Part shown: piece by piece, positions 18,455 through 27,632 of the stretch
How the letters are laid out: every line of letters begins with the position of its first letter
Numbering within the stretch: position 1 is the first letter of the stretch
NCBI GenBank assembly: GCA_946402735.1
Contig: CAMIXH010000001.1
Coordinates: 239,175-303,174, forward strand
Reading direction: 5' to 3'
DNA length: 64,000 bases
From: an uncultured Mycoplasmatota bacterium
GTDB lineage: Bacteria > Bacillota_I > Bacilli_A > RF39 > UBA660
The notes under the pieces: generated by a model
Told to the model about the DNA's origin: nothing
Databases searched by the model: none
What the model saw: the letters and a program-made list of their open reading frames with translations, nothing else
Program-made: the position numbers and the translations under genes

Positions 18455-19128
18455 AAATAACAGAGTATTTATTAACTTTAAAAGATAAAAAGAACGCTAT
18501 ATTAGAAAGTAAATTAACACCAGGATTAGATATAAAAAACATAATAGGTATTAAGATACCAGTATTACGTAATATAGCAAAACAATATATGAAGGATGAA
18601 GAATTAAAACAATTCTTAACTTCATTACCACATAAGTATTTAGATGAAAATATTCTTCATGGTTTACTTATATCAGAATTAAAAGATTATGATGAATGTT
18701 TAAAAGAATTAGAAAGATTTTTACCATATGTTGATAACTGGATGGTGTGTGATACTATTTCACCTAAAGTATTTAAGAAGAATAAAGATTTGGTAATTAA
18801 AAAGATAAAAGAATGGTCTAAATCTAAAGATACATACACATGTAGATTTGCAATTAAAATATTAATGAGTAATTATTTAGATAAAGATTTTAAAAAAGAA
18901 TACTTAGATATTCCAACGCATGTTCATAGTGATGAATACTATATAAATATGATGATTGCTTGGTATTATGCTACTGCTCTTGCTAAACAATGGGATGATA
19001 CTATTCCTTACATTGAACAAAATAAATTAGATACTTGGGTTCATAATAAAACTATTCAAAAAGCAAAAGAAAGTTTTAGAATAACTGATAAACAAAAAGA
19101 GTATTTAAGTAATCTAAAAAGAAAATAA
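18451..19128 (+). CDS. DNA alkylation repair enzyme (AlkD/AlkC-like HEAT-repeat glycosylase family)
   Basis: 225 aa with an all-helical repeat pattern. Motifs …VDNWMVCDT… and …WYYATALAKQ… are typical of the DNA_alkylation family. Confidence 0.6.
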   Translation: MKITEYLLTLKDKKNAILESKLTPGLDIKNIIGIKIPVLRNIAKQYMKDEELKQFLTSLPHKYLDENILHGLLISELKDYDECLKELERFLPYVDNWMVCDTISPKVFKKNKDLVIKKIKEWSKSKDTYTCRFAIKILMSNYLDKDFKKEYLDIPTHVHSDEYYINMMIAWYYATALAKQWDDTIPYIEQNKLDTWVHNKTIQKAKESFRITDKQKEYLSNLKRK

Positions 19129-19181
19129 ATTATTTTAAATAAACTTATAATTGTGATAAAATCATTTATGTGATTTTATTA

Positions 19182-19256
19182 TTGCCTTGTGGCCAAGCGG
19201 TAAGGCGGAGGGCTCTGACCCCTTTATTCACAGGTCCGAATCCTGTCAAGGCAACC
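19182..19256 (+). tRNA. tRNA-Gln (anticodon CUG)
   Basis: Acceptor TGCCTTG/CAAGGCA, D-arm GCCAAGCGGTAAGGC (Gln-like), anticodon loop CT-CTG-AC, T-arm ACAGGTCCGAATCCTGT, encoded CCA. Confidence 0.8.
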
Positions 19257-19260
19257 AGAA

Positions 19261-19336
19261 GCTGAAATAGCTCAATTGGTAGAGCAACTGAATCGTAATC
19301 AGTAGGTTACGGGTTCAATTCCTGTTTTCAGCACCA
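19261..19336 (+). tRNA. tRNA-Thr (anticodon CGU)
   Basis: Acceptor GCTGAAA/TTTCAGC, D-arm TAGCTCAATTGGTAGAGCA, anticodon stem-loop ACTGA-AT-CGT-AA-TCAGT, T-arm ACGGGTTCAATTCCTGT, encoded CCA. Confidence 0.8.
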
Positions 19337-19345
19337 CTTAAAAGT

Positions 19346-19368
19346 AACTCGAGTAATCGAGTTTTTTT
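19346..19368 (+). terminator. rho-independent terminator after the tRNA pair
   Basis: Hairpin AACTCGA-gtaa-TCGAGTT plus a T7 run. Confidence 0.6.
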
Positions 19369-19395
19369 GACTTTTTCAATGTTTTATGATATAAT
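19367..19395 (+). promoter_or_regulatory. consensus sigma-A promoter TTGACT-17 nt-TGaTATAAT
   Basis: TTGACT at 19367-19372 and TATAAT at 19390-19395 with an upstream TG. RBS AAGGGGGAA before the ATG at 19431. Confidence 0.55.
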
Positions 19396-19430
19396 ATAGC
19401 CCGTCATTAAAAGAAGGGGGAAACTATTTA

Positions 19431-20069
19431 ATGAAAAGAAGAGAAGATCAAGATGAATTAGATGCTATGTTAGCACTAGTTTTAGCTATGGGTGGAGAAA
19501 AAGATCCTATAAGTTTTTTAGAAAAGCAAGGACAAAGACAAGCAGTTAATAGTACAATGGTAGCTAGAAGAATGAATCCAGCAAGAGAAGTTTGGGAAGG
19601 ATTAGGATTTAGCTTCACTGATATTGATGGAGATACAGTATTATGTCAAGCAACATTACCAGAAGGATGGTCTTTAAGACCAACTGACCATTCTATGTGG
19701 AACGATATTGTAGATGGAAATGGTATTATTAGAGGACAAATGTTCTATAAGGCTGCATTCTATGATAGAGATGCACATATGTATTTATCACCAAGATATG
19801 GAGTTCGTACAGATTATCTAGAAGAAGAAGGAACTGCATGTGAAATCTATTTTGGAAATAATCAAGAAAAATTATTTGTGGCTGGACAAGCTCGTCATCC
19901 AAGAAAAGCTTCAGAAGCTGAAATGAGAGCTTATTTTGATAAACAAGAAAAGTTAGTTGCTATTGCTAAACAATGGGGTGAAGAAAACTATCCTGATTAT
20001 GAAAATGTACTTGCATATTGGGATAAAAAATCAACACTTGAATTAAAACCAAAGAAAGGTAATAAATAA
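19431..20069 (+). CDS. hypothetical cytoplasmic protein (compositionally atypical, Ala/Arg/Gly/Trp-rich)
   Basis: 212 aa with a strong RBS and promoter. Local GC is ~34% against ~20-28% in neighbours. No family recognised by eye. Confidence 0.55.
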   Translation: MKRREDQDELDAMLALVLAMGGEKDPISFLEKQGQRQAVNSTMVARRMNPAREVWEGLGFSFTDIDGDTVLCQATLPEGWSLRPTDHSMWNDIVDGNGIIRGQMFYKAAFYDRDAHMYLSPRYGVRTDYLEEEGTACEIYFGNNQEKLFVAGQARHPRKASEAEMRAYFDKQEKLVAIAKQWGEENYPDYENVLAYWDKKSTLELKPKKGNK

Positions 20070-20137
20070 AAGAACTTTTAATTGAGTTCTTTTTTTGTAC
20101 AAAAATATGGTATAATCCAATATTATGGAGGTAAATT

Positions 20138-21346
20138 ATGCATGATTTTTTAACTAAAGAAGAATGTTTTGAATTACTTAATAAATATGGTAGTCCATTA
20201 TATGTTTATGATGAAGAAACGCTAAGACAAAGATGTAAAGAAATGACCGGTTTACTTCCAAATAAACACTTGTTTGTTGACTATTCAGTAAAAGCTAATA
20301 CAAATATTAGATTATTAGAAATGATTAAAGAAGAAGGCTTACATGTAGATGCTATGTCTTTAGGAGAATTAGCATCTAATAAAAAAGCTGGTTTTAAAAG
20401 TGATGAAATTATTTATGTATGTAATAATATAACTGAAAGTGAAATGAGAGAAGTATTAAAAGAAGGAGTACTTCTTAGTGTTGACTCGCTTTCTCAACTT
20501 GAAACATATGGTAAATTAAATCCAGGAGGAGACATTATTATTCGTTTTAATCCAGGAGTAGGAGCAGGTCATCATGATAAAGTTATTACTGGAGGAAAGA
20601 AAACTAAGTTTGGTGTACAAAAAGAATTCATTGATGATGTTAAAAAGGTATTAAAGAAATACAATTTAAATTTAGTAGGTATTAATCAACATATTGGTTC
20701 ATTATTCTTAGATTATAATTCTTATGTTGAAGGAGTAAAGAATATACTTGAGATAGCTACTCATTTTAAGGGATTAAAAATAATTGATCTAGGTGGTGGA
20801 TTTGGTGTTCCTTATCATGGTGAAGATAGATTAGATTTAGATAAACTATCAATTGAATTAGATAAAGTTTTAACTGAATTTTTAGATAAATACGATAACA
20901 AAGATGTTATTTTCTATATTGAACCAGGAAGATATATAGTATGTGAATGTGGTGTATTACTTGGAACAGTAACATCTATTAAAGATAATTATGATACTAA
21001 ATACTTAGGATGTGATATTGGATTTAATGTTTTAATGAGACCAATATTATATGACTCATATCATGAAATAGAAATATTACAAAGAAAACCAAATAATAGA
21101 AAAGAAACATATACAGTAGTAGGTAATATTTGTGAATCTGGTGATATTTTAGGAAAAGATAGATTATTAAAGAAAGCAAATGTTGATGATGTTGTTATTG
21201 TTTATAATGCTGGTGCTTATGGTTATTCTATGGCATCAAATTATAATCTTAGAAGTAGACCAGCTGAAGTATTAATAACAAAAGATCACAAAGATATCTT
21301 AATAAGAAAAAGAGATACAATTGAAAGTATGATGAATTATGAATAA
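20138..21346 (+). CDS. PLP-dependent fold-III decarboxylase, diaminopimelate decarboxylase family (LysA, or carboxynorspermidine decarboxylase-like)
   Basis: Motifs YSVKAN, GGGFGVPY, EPGRY and the C-terminal CESGD are typical of Orn/DAP/Arg decarboxylases. RBS GGAGG. Confidence 0.65.
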   Translation: MHDFLTKEECFELLNKYGSPLYVYDEETLRQRCKEMTGLLPNKHLFVDYSVKANTNIRLLEMIKEEGLHVDAMSLGELASNKKAGFKSDEIIYVCNNITESEMREVLKEGVLLSVDSLSQLETYGKLNPGGDIIIRFNPGVGAGHHDKVITGGKKTKFGVQKEFIDDVKKVLKKYNLNLVGINQHIGSLFLDYNSYVEGVKNILEIATHFKGLKIIDLGGGFGVPYHGEDRLDLDKLSIELDKVLTEFLDKYDNKDVIFYIEPGRYIVCECGVLLGTVTSIKDNYDTKYLGCDIGFNVLMRPILYDSYHEIEILQRKPNNRKETYTVVGNICESGDILGKDRLLKKANVDDVVIVYNAGAYGYSMASNYNLRSRPAEVLITKDHKDILIRKRDTIESMMNYE

Positions 21347-21881
21347 AAGTATACTTAGAAAAAAATATATTGAATTAAGAAAGAATATAATTGATAAAGA
21401 ACAAAAATCAAGAGAAATATGTAGAAGATTAATTAAATCAGATGAATATCAAAATGCTAGCGTAGTTGGTCTTTATTACAGCCTTTCTAGTGAAGTAAGT
21501 ACCATAGAGTTAATAAGGTATAGTTTAAATAATCAAAAAAAGGTATTACTTCCAAAAGTAGAAGGGGATAAACTTGTTTTTTATGAAATAAAATCATTTG
21601 ATGATTTAATGAAAAGTAGTTTTGGTGTAATGGAACCACTTAGTGGAACAGTATATGATAAGGAAGAAATTGATTTAATAGTAGTACCAGGTGTTTGCTT
21701 TGATAAATGCTTAAATAGAATAGGCTTTGGTAAAGGTTATTATGACAGATATTTAGATGGATATGATGGAGATATCATTGGTATTTGTTTTGAAGATCAA
21801 GTTAGTGAAGAAGAAATAGATATATCCGAAACAGATCAAAAATTAAAATATGTTATTACTGAAAAAAATATTTATTCGTGA
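21339..21881 (+). CDS. 5-formyltetrahydrofolate cyclo-ligase
   Basis: 180 aa, MTHFS family pattern (…VVPGVCFDKCLNRIGFGKGYYDRYL…). Overlaps the lysA-like stop. Confidence 0.75.
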   Translation: MNKSILRKKYIELRKNIIDKEQKSREICRRLIKSDEYQNASVVGLYYSLSSEVSTIELIRYSLNNQKKVLLPKVEGDKLVFYEIKSFDDLMKSSFGVMEPLSGTVYDKEEIDLIVVPGVCFDKCLNRIGFGKGYYDRYLDGYDGDIIGICFEDQVSEEEIDISETDQKLKYVITEKNIYS

Positions 21882-21921
21882 TATAATTAATATGTTAAAA
21901 ATTTGATGAATGGAGTTTTTT

Positions 21922-23673
21922 ATGATATTAGAAAAAATAGGATTTAAGATTAGAAATATATTTAGAAAAAGAGATAAAAATCAACCTTGGTTAGACTATT
22001 ATAGTAGAGAAGAAAGAAGTATTAAGTTTACTAAAAAATCAATCTATCACTATATGAAAGATAGTGTTGGAGAAGATAAAGATTTAATAGCTTTAAATTA
22101 TTTTGAGAATAGAATTACATATTATGATTTCTTTAAAAGTATTAATGTATGTGCTAGAGGATTAAGAGAATTTGGTGTTAAAGAAGGGGATATAGTTACT
22201 GTATGTATGCCCAATATGCCAGAAGCAATATATGTGTTTTATGCGTGTAATAAAATAGGAGCAATATGTGATATTATTCACCCATTATCAAGTAATGAAG
22301 AATTAAAAATATACTTAACTGAAAGTAAAACTAGATTTTTATTCTTAGTTGATTTTAATTACGAAAAATATAAAGATGTAATAGAAGAAAGTTTAGTTTA
22401 TAAGACTATTCTTGTATCTCCTAGTCAAAGTATGCCAATTGGTATGGCTATTGGATACAATATTATGAAAGGTTTTACTTTAAAAAGACCTAAGAGAAGT
22501 AATCATGATTATATGACTTGGGCTGATTTTATTGATGCTGGAGTACAAAACAAAAAACCATTTGAAGCAGATGTTAAAGCTGAAGATGCAGCATTAATAT
22601 TACATAGTGGTGGTACTACTGGTAAACCAAAAGGAATAGTTATTTCTAATGCTAGTTTTAACGCTTTAGGTCAACAAAGTGCAGTAAATGTTATAGATGT
22701 TAGACCAAAGGATAAAATAGTTACAATACTACCAATATTCCATGGATTTGGACTTGGTGTATGTGTACATACTCCTCTTTGTCTAAAAGTAGAAACTATA
22801 TTGGTTCCTCAATATGATGAAAAAAGATTCTTTAAAATTTGGAAGAATGATAAACCAAATGTTATCTTAGGAGTTCCTACATTATGGGAAGGAATGCTTG
22901 GTAATAGTAGATTTGACGGTTTAGATATGTCACAATTAAAATATATGGTAAGTGGAGGAGATTTATTAACAATTCCACAAGAAATGAAAATTAATAAATG
23001 GTTACATGAGCATGGCGCTAAAATCAATATTGCAAAAGGTTATGGTATGACAGAAAGTGTAGCCGCAACATGCTATACATTCCCAGGAACAAATGAACCA
23101 GGAAGTATTGGTATTCCAATGGTAGGAAATAGATATAAAATATGTGATCCTGAAACTAATAAAGAGGTTCCTCTTGGTACTGAAGGAGAAATATGTGTAA
23201 ATGGTCCTACACTTATGATGGGATACTTAAATAATCAAGAAGAAACTGATAAAGTATTAAGAAGACATGATGATGGTGAATTATGGCTTCATACTGGTGA
23301 TATAGGATATATTTCATTAAATGGTATTGTATATTATACTCAAAGATTAAAACGTATGATTATTGTATCTGGATTTAATGTTTATCCATCACAAATTGAA
23401 AATACAATTGCAAAACATCCATCAGTTGATAAAGTATGTGTAATTGGAATACCTCATCCATATAAGATGCATGTTCCAAAAGCATTCGTAGTTCTAAAGA
23501 AAGGAATTAAAAATACTGCAAAAGTTAAAGCTGAAATCAAATCACTATGTAGACGTGAATTATCTGTTTATGCAATGCCAAAAGATTTCGAATTTAGAGA
23601 TGAATTACCAAAAACACTATATGGTAAGATTGATTATAGAACTATTGAAAAAGAAGAAAATGAGAATAAATAA
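21922..23673 (+). CDS. AMP-dependent synthetase/ligase (long-chain fatty acid--CoA ligase-like)
   Basis: AMP-binding motif ILHSGGTTGKPKG, GYGMTE, a WLHTGD-type motif, and a C-terminal K. The track start at 21910 is upstream. ATG at 21922 with RBS GGAG is preferred. Confidence 0.8.
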   Translation: MILEKIGFKIRNIFRKRDKNQPWLDYYSREERSIKFTKKSIYHYMKDSVGEDKDLIALNYFENRITYYDFFKSINVCARGLREFGVKEGDIVTVCMPNMPEAIYVFYACNKIGAICDIIHPLSSNEELKIYLTESKTRFLFLVDFNYEKYKDVIEESLVYKTILVSPSQSMPIGMAIGYNIMKGFTLKRPKRSNHDYMTWADFIDAGVQNKKPFEADVKAEDAALILHSGGTTGKPKGIVISNASFNALGQQSAVNVIDVRPKDKIVTILPIFHGFGLGVCVHTPLCLKVETILVPQYDEKRFFKIWKNDKPNVILGVPTLWEGMLGNSRFDGLDMSQLKYMVSGGDLLTIPQEMKINKWLHEHGAKINIAKGYGMTESVAATCYTFPGTNEPGSIGIPMVGNRYKICDPETNKEVPLGTEGEICVNGPTLMMGYLNNQEETDKVLRRHDDGELWLHTGDIGYISLNGIVYYTQRLKRMIIVSGFNVYPSQIENTIAKHPSVDKVCVIGIPHPYKMHVPKAFVVLKKGIKNTAKVKAEIKSLCRRELSVYAMPKDFEFRDELPKTLYGKIDYRTIEKEENENK

Positions 23674-23733
23674 TTATATTTATTCTTTTTTTATGATATA
23701 CTTTTAATTGGTAGATATTATGGAGGAAATATT

Positions 23734-25245
23734 ATGAAAAAATCAGTTGTACTTACTATATTAGATGGATGTGGAATGAGAAAAGAAACAGATGGAAATG
23801 CATTTTATAATGCTAAAAAACCAACATTTGATTTTCTTTGGAATAAATATCCACATACACTATTAAATGCTAGTGAAGAAGCAGTAGGCCTTCCTCATGG
23901 ACAAATGGGTAATAGTGAAGTAGGGCATACTAATATAGGAGCAGGAAGGATAGTATATCAACCACTTGAACTAATTAATATGTATATTAAAGATAGATCA
24001 TTTTTTGAAAATGAAGTATTACTTGATGTAATTAATCATGTTAAAACCAATAATTCTAAATTACATATTATGGGTCTTTTAAGTGATGGTGGAGTACACT
24101 CTCATATAAATCATTTAAAAGCATTAATTGAACTATGTAAGATGAATAATATTGAAATAGTTTATCATATGTTCTTAGATGGTAGAGATGTTAATCCAAA
24201 AAGTGCATATATTTATATAAAAGAAATAGAAGATATTAATTATGGAAAAATAGCAACTATCTCTGGTAGATATTATGCTATGGATAGAGATAATAACTTT
24301 GATAGATTAAAACTTGCATATGATGCTATTGTTTATGGAGAAGCTCCTAAATATAATAGTGCTAAAGAATTAATGGATGATAGTTATTCTAAGAATGTAA
24401 CTGATGAATTTGTAATACCAAGTATTATAAATGAAGGATTACTTTTAAATGATAATGATGGAGTAATAACATTTAACTTTAGAAAAGATAGATTAAGAGA
24501 AATGTTTACTTGTATAACTAATCCACATGAATATGAACAAGAAGCACTTGAAAAAGATATGCATATTAAGGTATTTAATAATATTAAATGCGCTACTATG
24601 ATGAAAGTAGTGGAAACAGTTAAATGCCCTCATGCATTTGAAGAAATAAGTTTAAATAATAAACTAGGCGATATATTAGAACAAAATAATATGTCTCAAT
24701 TAAGAATAGCTGAAACTGAGAAATACGCTCATGTTACATTCTTCTTTGATGGTGGACTTGAGATGGATTATAAAAATGAAAAGAAAATATTAATTCCATC
24801 ACCTAAAGTAGCAACATATGATTTAAAGCCTGAAATGAGTGCATATGAAGTAACTGACGCCTTATTAAAAGAATTAGATACAGGAGAGTATGATGTAGTT
24901 ATTTTAAATTATGCTAATGGTGATATGGTAGGGCACACTGGTGTATATGAAGCTGCAGTTAAAGCAGTTGAAACACTAGATGAATGTTTAACTAAATTAT
25001 ATGATAAAGTTATGTCTATGGATGGAATCATGTTAATAACTGCAGATCATGGTAACTGTGATACTATGTGGGATGAAAATCATGTTCCTGTAACTAGTCA
25101 TACATTAGAAAGAGTTCCTTTTATAATTACTAAAGAAGGACTAGAATTAAATGAAGGAAATCTTTCAGATATAGCTCCAACAATGCTACATTTAATGGGT
25201 GTAAAAATACCAGAAGAAATGAACGGAAATGTGTTAATAAAGTAA
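23734..25245 (+). CDS. gpmI: 2,3-bisphosphoglycerate-independent phosphoglycerate mutase
   Basis: 503 aa with N-terminal …LDGCGMR…MGNSEVGHTNIGAGR… and C-terminal …TADHGN…, typical of iPGM. RBS GGAGG. Confidence 0.9.
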   Translation: MKKSVVLTILDGCGMRKETDGNAFYNAKKPTFDFLWNKYPHTLLNASEEAVGLPHGQMGNSEVGHTNIGAGRIVYQPLELINMYIKDRSFFENEVLLDVINHVKTNNSKLHIMGLLSDGGVHSHINHLKALIELCKMNNIEIVYHMFLDGRDVNPKSAYIYIKEIEDINYGKIATISGRYYAMDRDNNFDRLKLAYDAIVYGEAPKYNSAKELMDDSYSKNVTDEFVIPSIINEGLLLNDNDGVITFNFRKDRLREMFTCITNPHEYEQEALEKDMHIKVFNNIKCATMMKVVETVKCPHAFEEISLNNKLGDILEQNNMSQLRIAETEKYAHVTFFFDGGLEMDYKNEKKILIPSPKVATYDLKPEMSAYEVTDALLKELDTGEYDVVILNYANGDMVGHTGVYEAAVKAVETLDECLTKLYDKVMSMDGIMLITADHGNCDTMWDENHVPVTSHTLERVPFIITKEGLELNEGNLSDIAPTMLHLMGVKIPEEMNGNVLIK

Positions 25246-25309
25246 TAGACTTGAAAAAGTCTATTATTTTTGTTATAATATAAAGCCGTCCGAAGGGGAG
25301 GAATTATTT

Positions 25310-26113
25310 GTGGCAGAAAAAGGAAAAAATGTATTTGATGTATTATTTCAAAAAGTAAATGTAAGAGTATTTGGAGATGTACCAAAAGAAGATGAATTAG
25401 ATGCTGGTACTGTAGACTACATTATACGTGAAATGCTATATAACTATAATTTAATTTTAAATAGAAAGGTTGTTGTAGATACAAAAGCATTAAATAAGAA
25501 AATTAAAAGAACAATGCTTTCTAATAAAAATATACCTTATATTTCAGGTATCACACCAATTATTGATGCAAAAGGAAATCAATCAATAGTTGTAACTTTT
25601 GAATATGATGGTCGTTGTATGGGAATAGCAAGAGTCAATAAAGATATGACTATTACATTTGATTTTTTAAGAAATGGATGTTCTATGCCTAATACCGTTG
25701 ATATGTTAAATAAAAACTATGAAAATTTTGTTATTTATTTTAATGCTCTTGAAAGTTTTGCACTTGATTATCCAGGAATTGCTTGTGAATTTGGACCTCA
25801 AGCATCACGTGATACTAATAATATTCAAAGATTAGATGATGGATTTTTAGGAATTACTTTAGATATTAATAATCCAGATGGAGCTAGAATTGGTTTTGTA
25901 AATTTATCTGATACAAGCGTAGCAAGTGAAAAAAGCGCTAAATATGGTAGAATAGAGGATACACTAGAAGCTTTTAGACCAGATATTTTAAAACGTTTTG
26001 TAGTAAATGAAGAAGAATTAAATCCTTTATATAAAGCAGTACTTGAAAAATATAGAAAACAAATAGATGAAGGTAAAGGTTTAAGTAGAGTATTAAATAC
26101 TAAGAGTAATTAA
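25310..26113 (+). CDS. hypothetical protein (GTG start)
   Basis: 267 aa. GTG start 7 nt after RBS AAGGGGAGGA, with no in-frame ATG for 42 codons. No recognisable family. Confidence 0.5.
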   Translation: MAEKGKNVFDVLFQKVNVRVFGDVPKEDELDAGTVDYIIREMLYNYNLILNRKVVVDTKALNKKIKRTMLSNKNIPYISGITPIIDAKGNQSIVVTFEYDGRCMGIARVNKDMTITFDFLRNGCSMPNTVDMLNKNYENFVIYFNALESFALDYPGIACEFGPQASRDTNNIQRLDDGFLGITLDINNPDGARIGFVNLSDTSVASEKSAKYGRIEDTLEAFRPDILKRFVVNEEELNPLYKAVLEKYRKQIDEGKGLSRVLNTKSN

Positions 26114-26171
26114 TACTCTTTTTTATTTTATGGTATAATATTAACTATCAATTTTCTAAAGGAAGTGAAAT

Positions 26172-26732
26172 ATGTTAAACATATTGTTAATTCTTAGTTT
26201 ATTTGATACATTTTCTAATATTAATAGAGATATAGATTATAGTTATATGGATAATCAAATAAATGTCTGCGTTGAACATTTTGAATTAAGCTATAAATCA
26301 TATCAAAAATATAAAAGAGAAAATACATGGAATAATGAATCAAAAGATAAAATAGTTAAAAAGATAAATAAGTATCTAAATTCTTCTTTAAAGAATAAAG
26401 GAGATTTTATTGTGAGTTATTCTATTAAACAAGGAATTGATCCATACTTAGTAACAGCAGTATTGCTACAAGAAACAGGTTGTTATTGGAATTGTAGTAA
26501 GCTTGTTAAAAAGTGTAATAATGTAGGAGGTAATAAAGGAAAGCCTTCATGTAATAATGGTAGTTATAGAAAATTTAATACTTTAGATGATGGAATTAAA
26601 TTTGCTATTAATAAATTAAATAAATATTATAAAAAAGGATTAACAACTCCAAAACAAATTAATAAGTATTATGCTACTGATAAAACATGGTATAAAAAAG
26701 TAAATAATTATATAAAAAAATTGAAAGGATAA
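26172..26732 (+). CDS. secreted peptidoglycan hydrolase with glucosaminidase (LYZ2/FlgJ-C-like, PF01832-type) domain
   Basis: Hydrophobic N-terminus, then DPYLVTAVLLQETGCYWNCSKLVKKCNNVGGNKG…YRKFNTLDDGIKF…YATDKTWYKKV. This matches the AQAxLESGWGxSxL…NNLFGIK…YATDP pattern and the Glu is conserved. Confidence 0.6.
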   Translation: MLNILLILSLFDTFSNINRDIDYSYMDNQINVCVEHFELSYKSYQKYKRENTWNNESKDKIVKKINKYLNSSLKNKGDFIVSYSIKQGIDPYLVTAVLLQETGCYWNCSKLVKKCNNVGGNKGKPSCNNGSYRKFNTLDDGIKFAINKLNKYYKKGLTTPKQINKYYATDKTWYKKVNNYIKKLKG

Positions 26733-26734
26733 TT

Positions 26735-27379
26735 ATGGAACACAAAGTATATATGCATTCAATTAATCATCAATATTTCAATTCTAAAAGAGATATTAAG
26801 ACATTTAGCCATATATTAGATGATGGTGCTTTATTATCATTAAGGCGTCAAGGATTTAACTATAGTTCTTCTTTTGCTGGTCTTGATTATATTTCATTTG
26901 CTGATTACGAAAAAAGAAATCAAACAAACAATGGGATATTATATTATAATGCATACTATGCATATATACGTCTTGGTATATCTTTGGCTTTTGAAAAAAA
27001 TAAATTAGCTAGTGTTTATGATATCAAAGATCCAATATTATTGGAGGCATTAAATAATAGTGATAAAATTCATTATCGTATGCAAATGCTTGGTTATGAA
27101 GAAGAAAGATATACAGATTTACCAGATGAAGTACAAATTAAAGATGAAGTGTCTATAGATTACTTATCTTATATAACTTATCCATGTGATGAATTTTTTG
27201 TAAGTCGTTTTTTTATAAAACAAGAAAGTAAAAGAAAAGGACTTATAGAAGAAATAAATAATTTAAAAAGTATATTAATAAGTCATGGTAAACAATTAGA
27301 TATATATGATATAGATAGTGGTATATTACTAGATGAAGAAGGAATAGAAAAAGTATTAGAGAAATCTAAAAAATGTTGA
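26735..27379 (+). CDS. hypothetical cytoplasmic protein, translationally coupled to the glucosaminidase gene
   Basis: 214 aa. Starts 2 nt after the upstream stop with RBS GAAAGGA. No recognisable motif. Confidence 0.5.
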   Translation: MEHKVYMHSINHQYFNSKRDIKTFSHILDDGALLSLRRQGFNYSSSFAGLDYISFADYEKRNQTNNGILYYNAYYAYIRLGISLAFEKNKLASVYDIKDPILLEALNNSDKIHYRMQMLGYEEERYTDLPDEVQIKDEVSIDYLSYITYPCDEFFVSRFFIKQESKRKGLIEEINNLKSILISHGKQLDIYDIDSGILLDEEGIEKVLEKSKKC

Positions 27380-27399
27380 CAAAATATATTATAAATAAT

Positions 27400-27632
27400 A
27401 TAATCTTCACGTAAGCGATTACAAAGAGAAGTAAGTATTTATCTTCCTTTATAGAGAGTTAGTGGTTGGTGTAAACTAATAATAGGTAAGTATCTGAAAA
27501 AAATATTCTTTGAGCTTAAGCGCATATCTGCGATAAAGAAATAAAGGTAGAATGATAGAATCTATAAAGTAAGATGGTACAGTGATTAATTCACGCTTAC
27601 GTTATAGATTCTTTTTTTAGAAGGAGAATAAT
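27400..27632 (+). promoter_or_regulatory. T-box riboswitch leader (Lys specifier candidate AAA) upstream of lysS
   Basis: AGAGAGTTAGTGGTTGGTGTAAACTAATAA stem I element. T-box sequence AGATGGTACAGTG followed by a terminator and a T-run. Confidence 0.65.

Noticed and set aside
12187-19336. Genomic island integrated at ssrA or at the tRNA-Gln/Thr pair
   Set aside because: There is no integrase or recombinase, and no direct repeat of the tmRNA or tRNA 3' ends was seen downstream. The intervening genes (Nudix, DUF218 membrane protein, hydrolase, AlkD-like) look like ordinary chromosomal genes.
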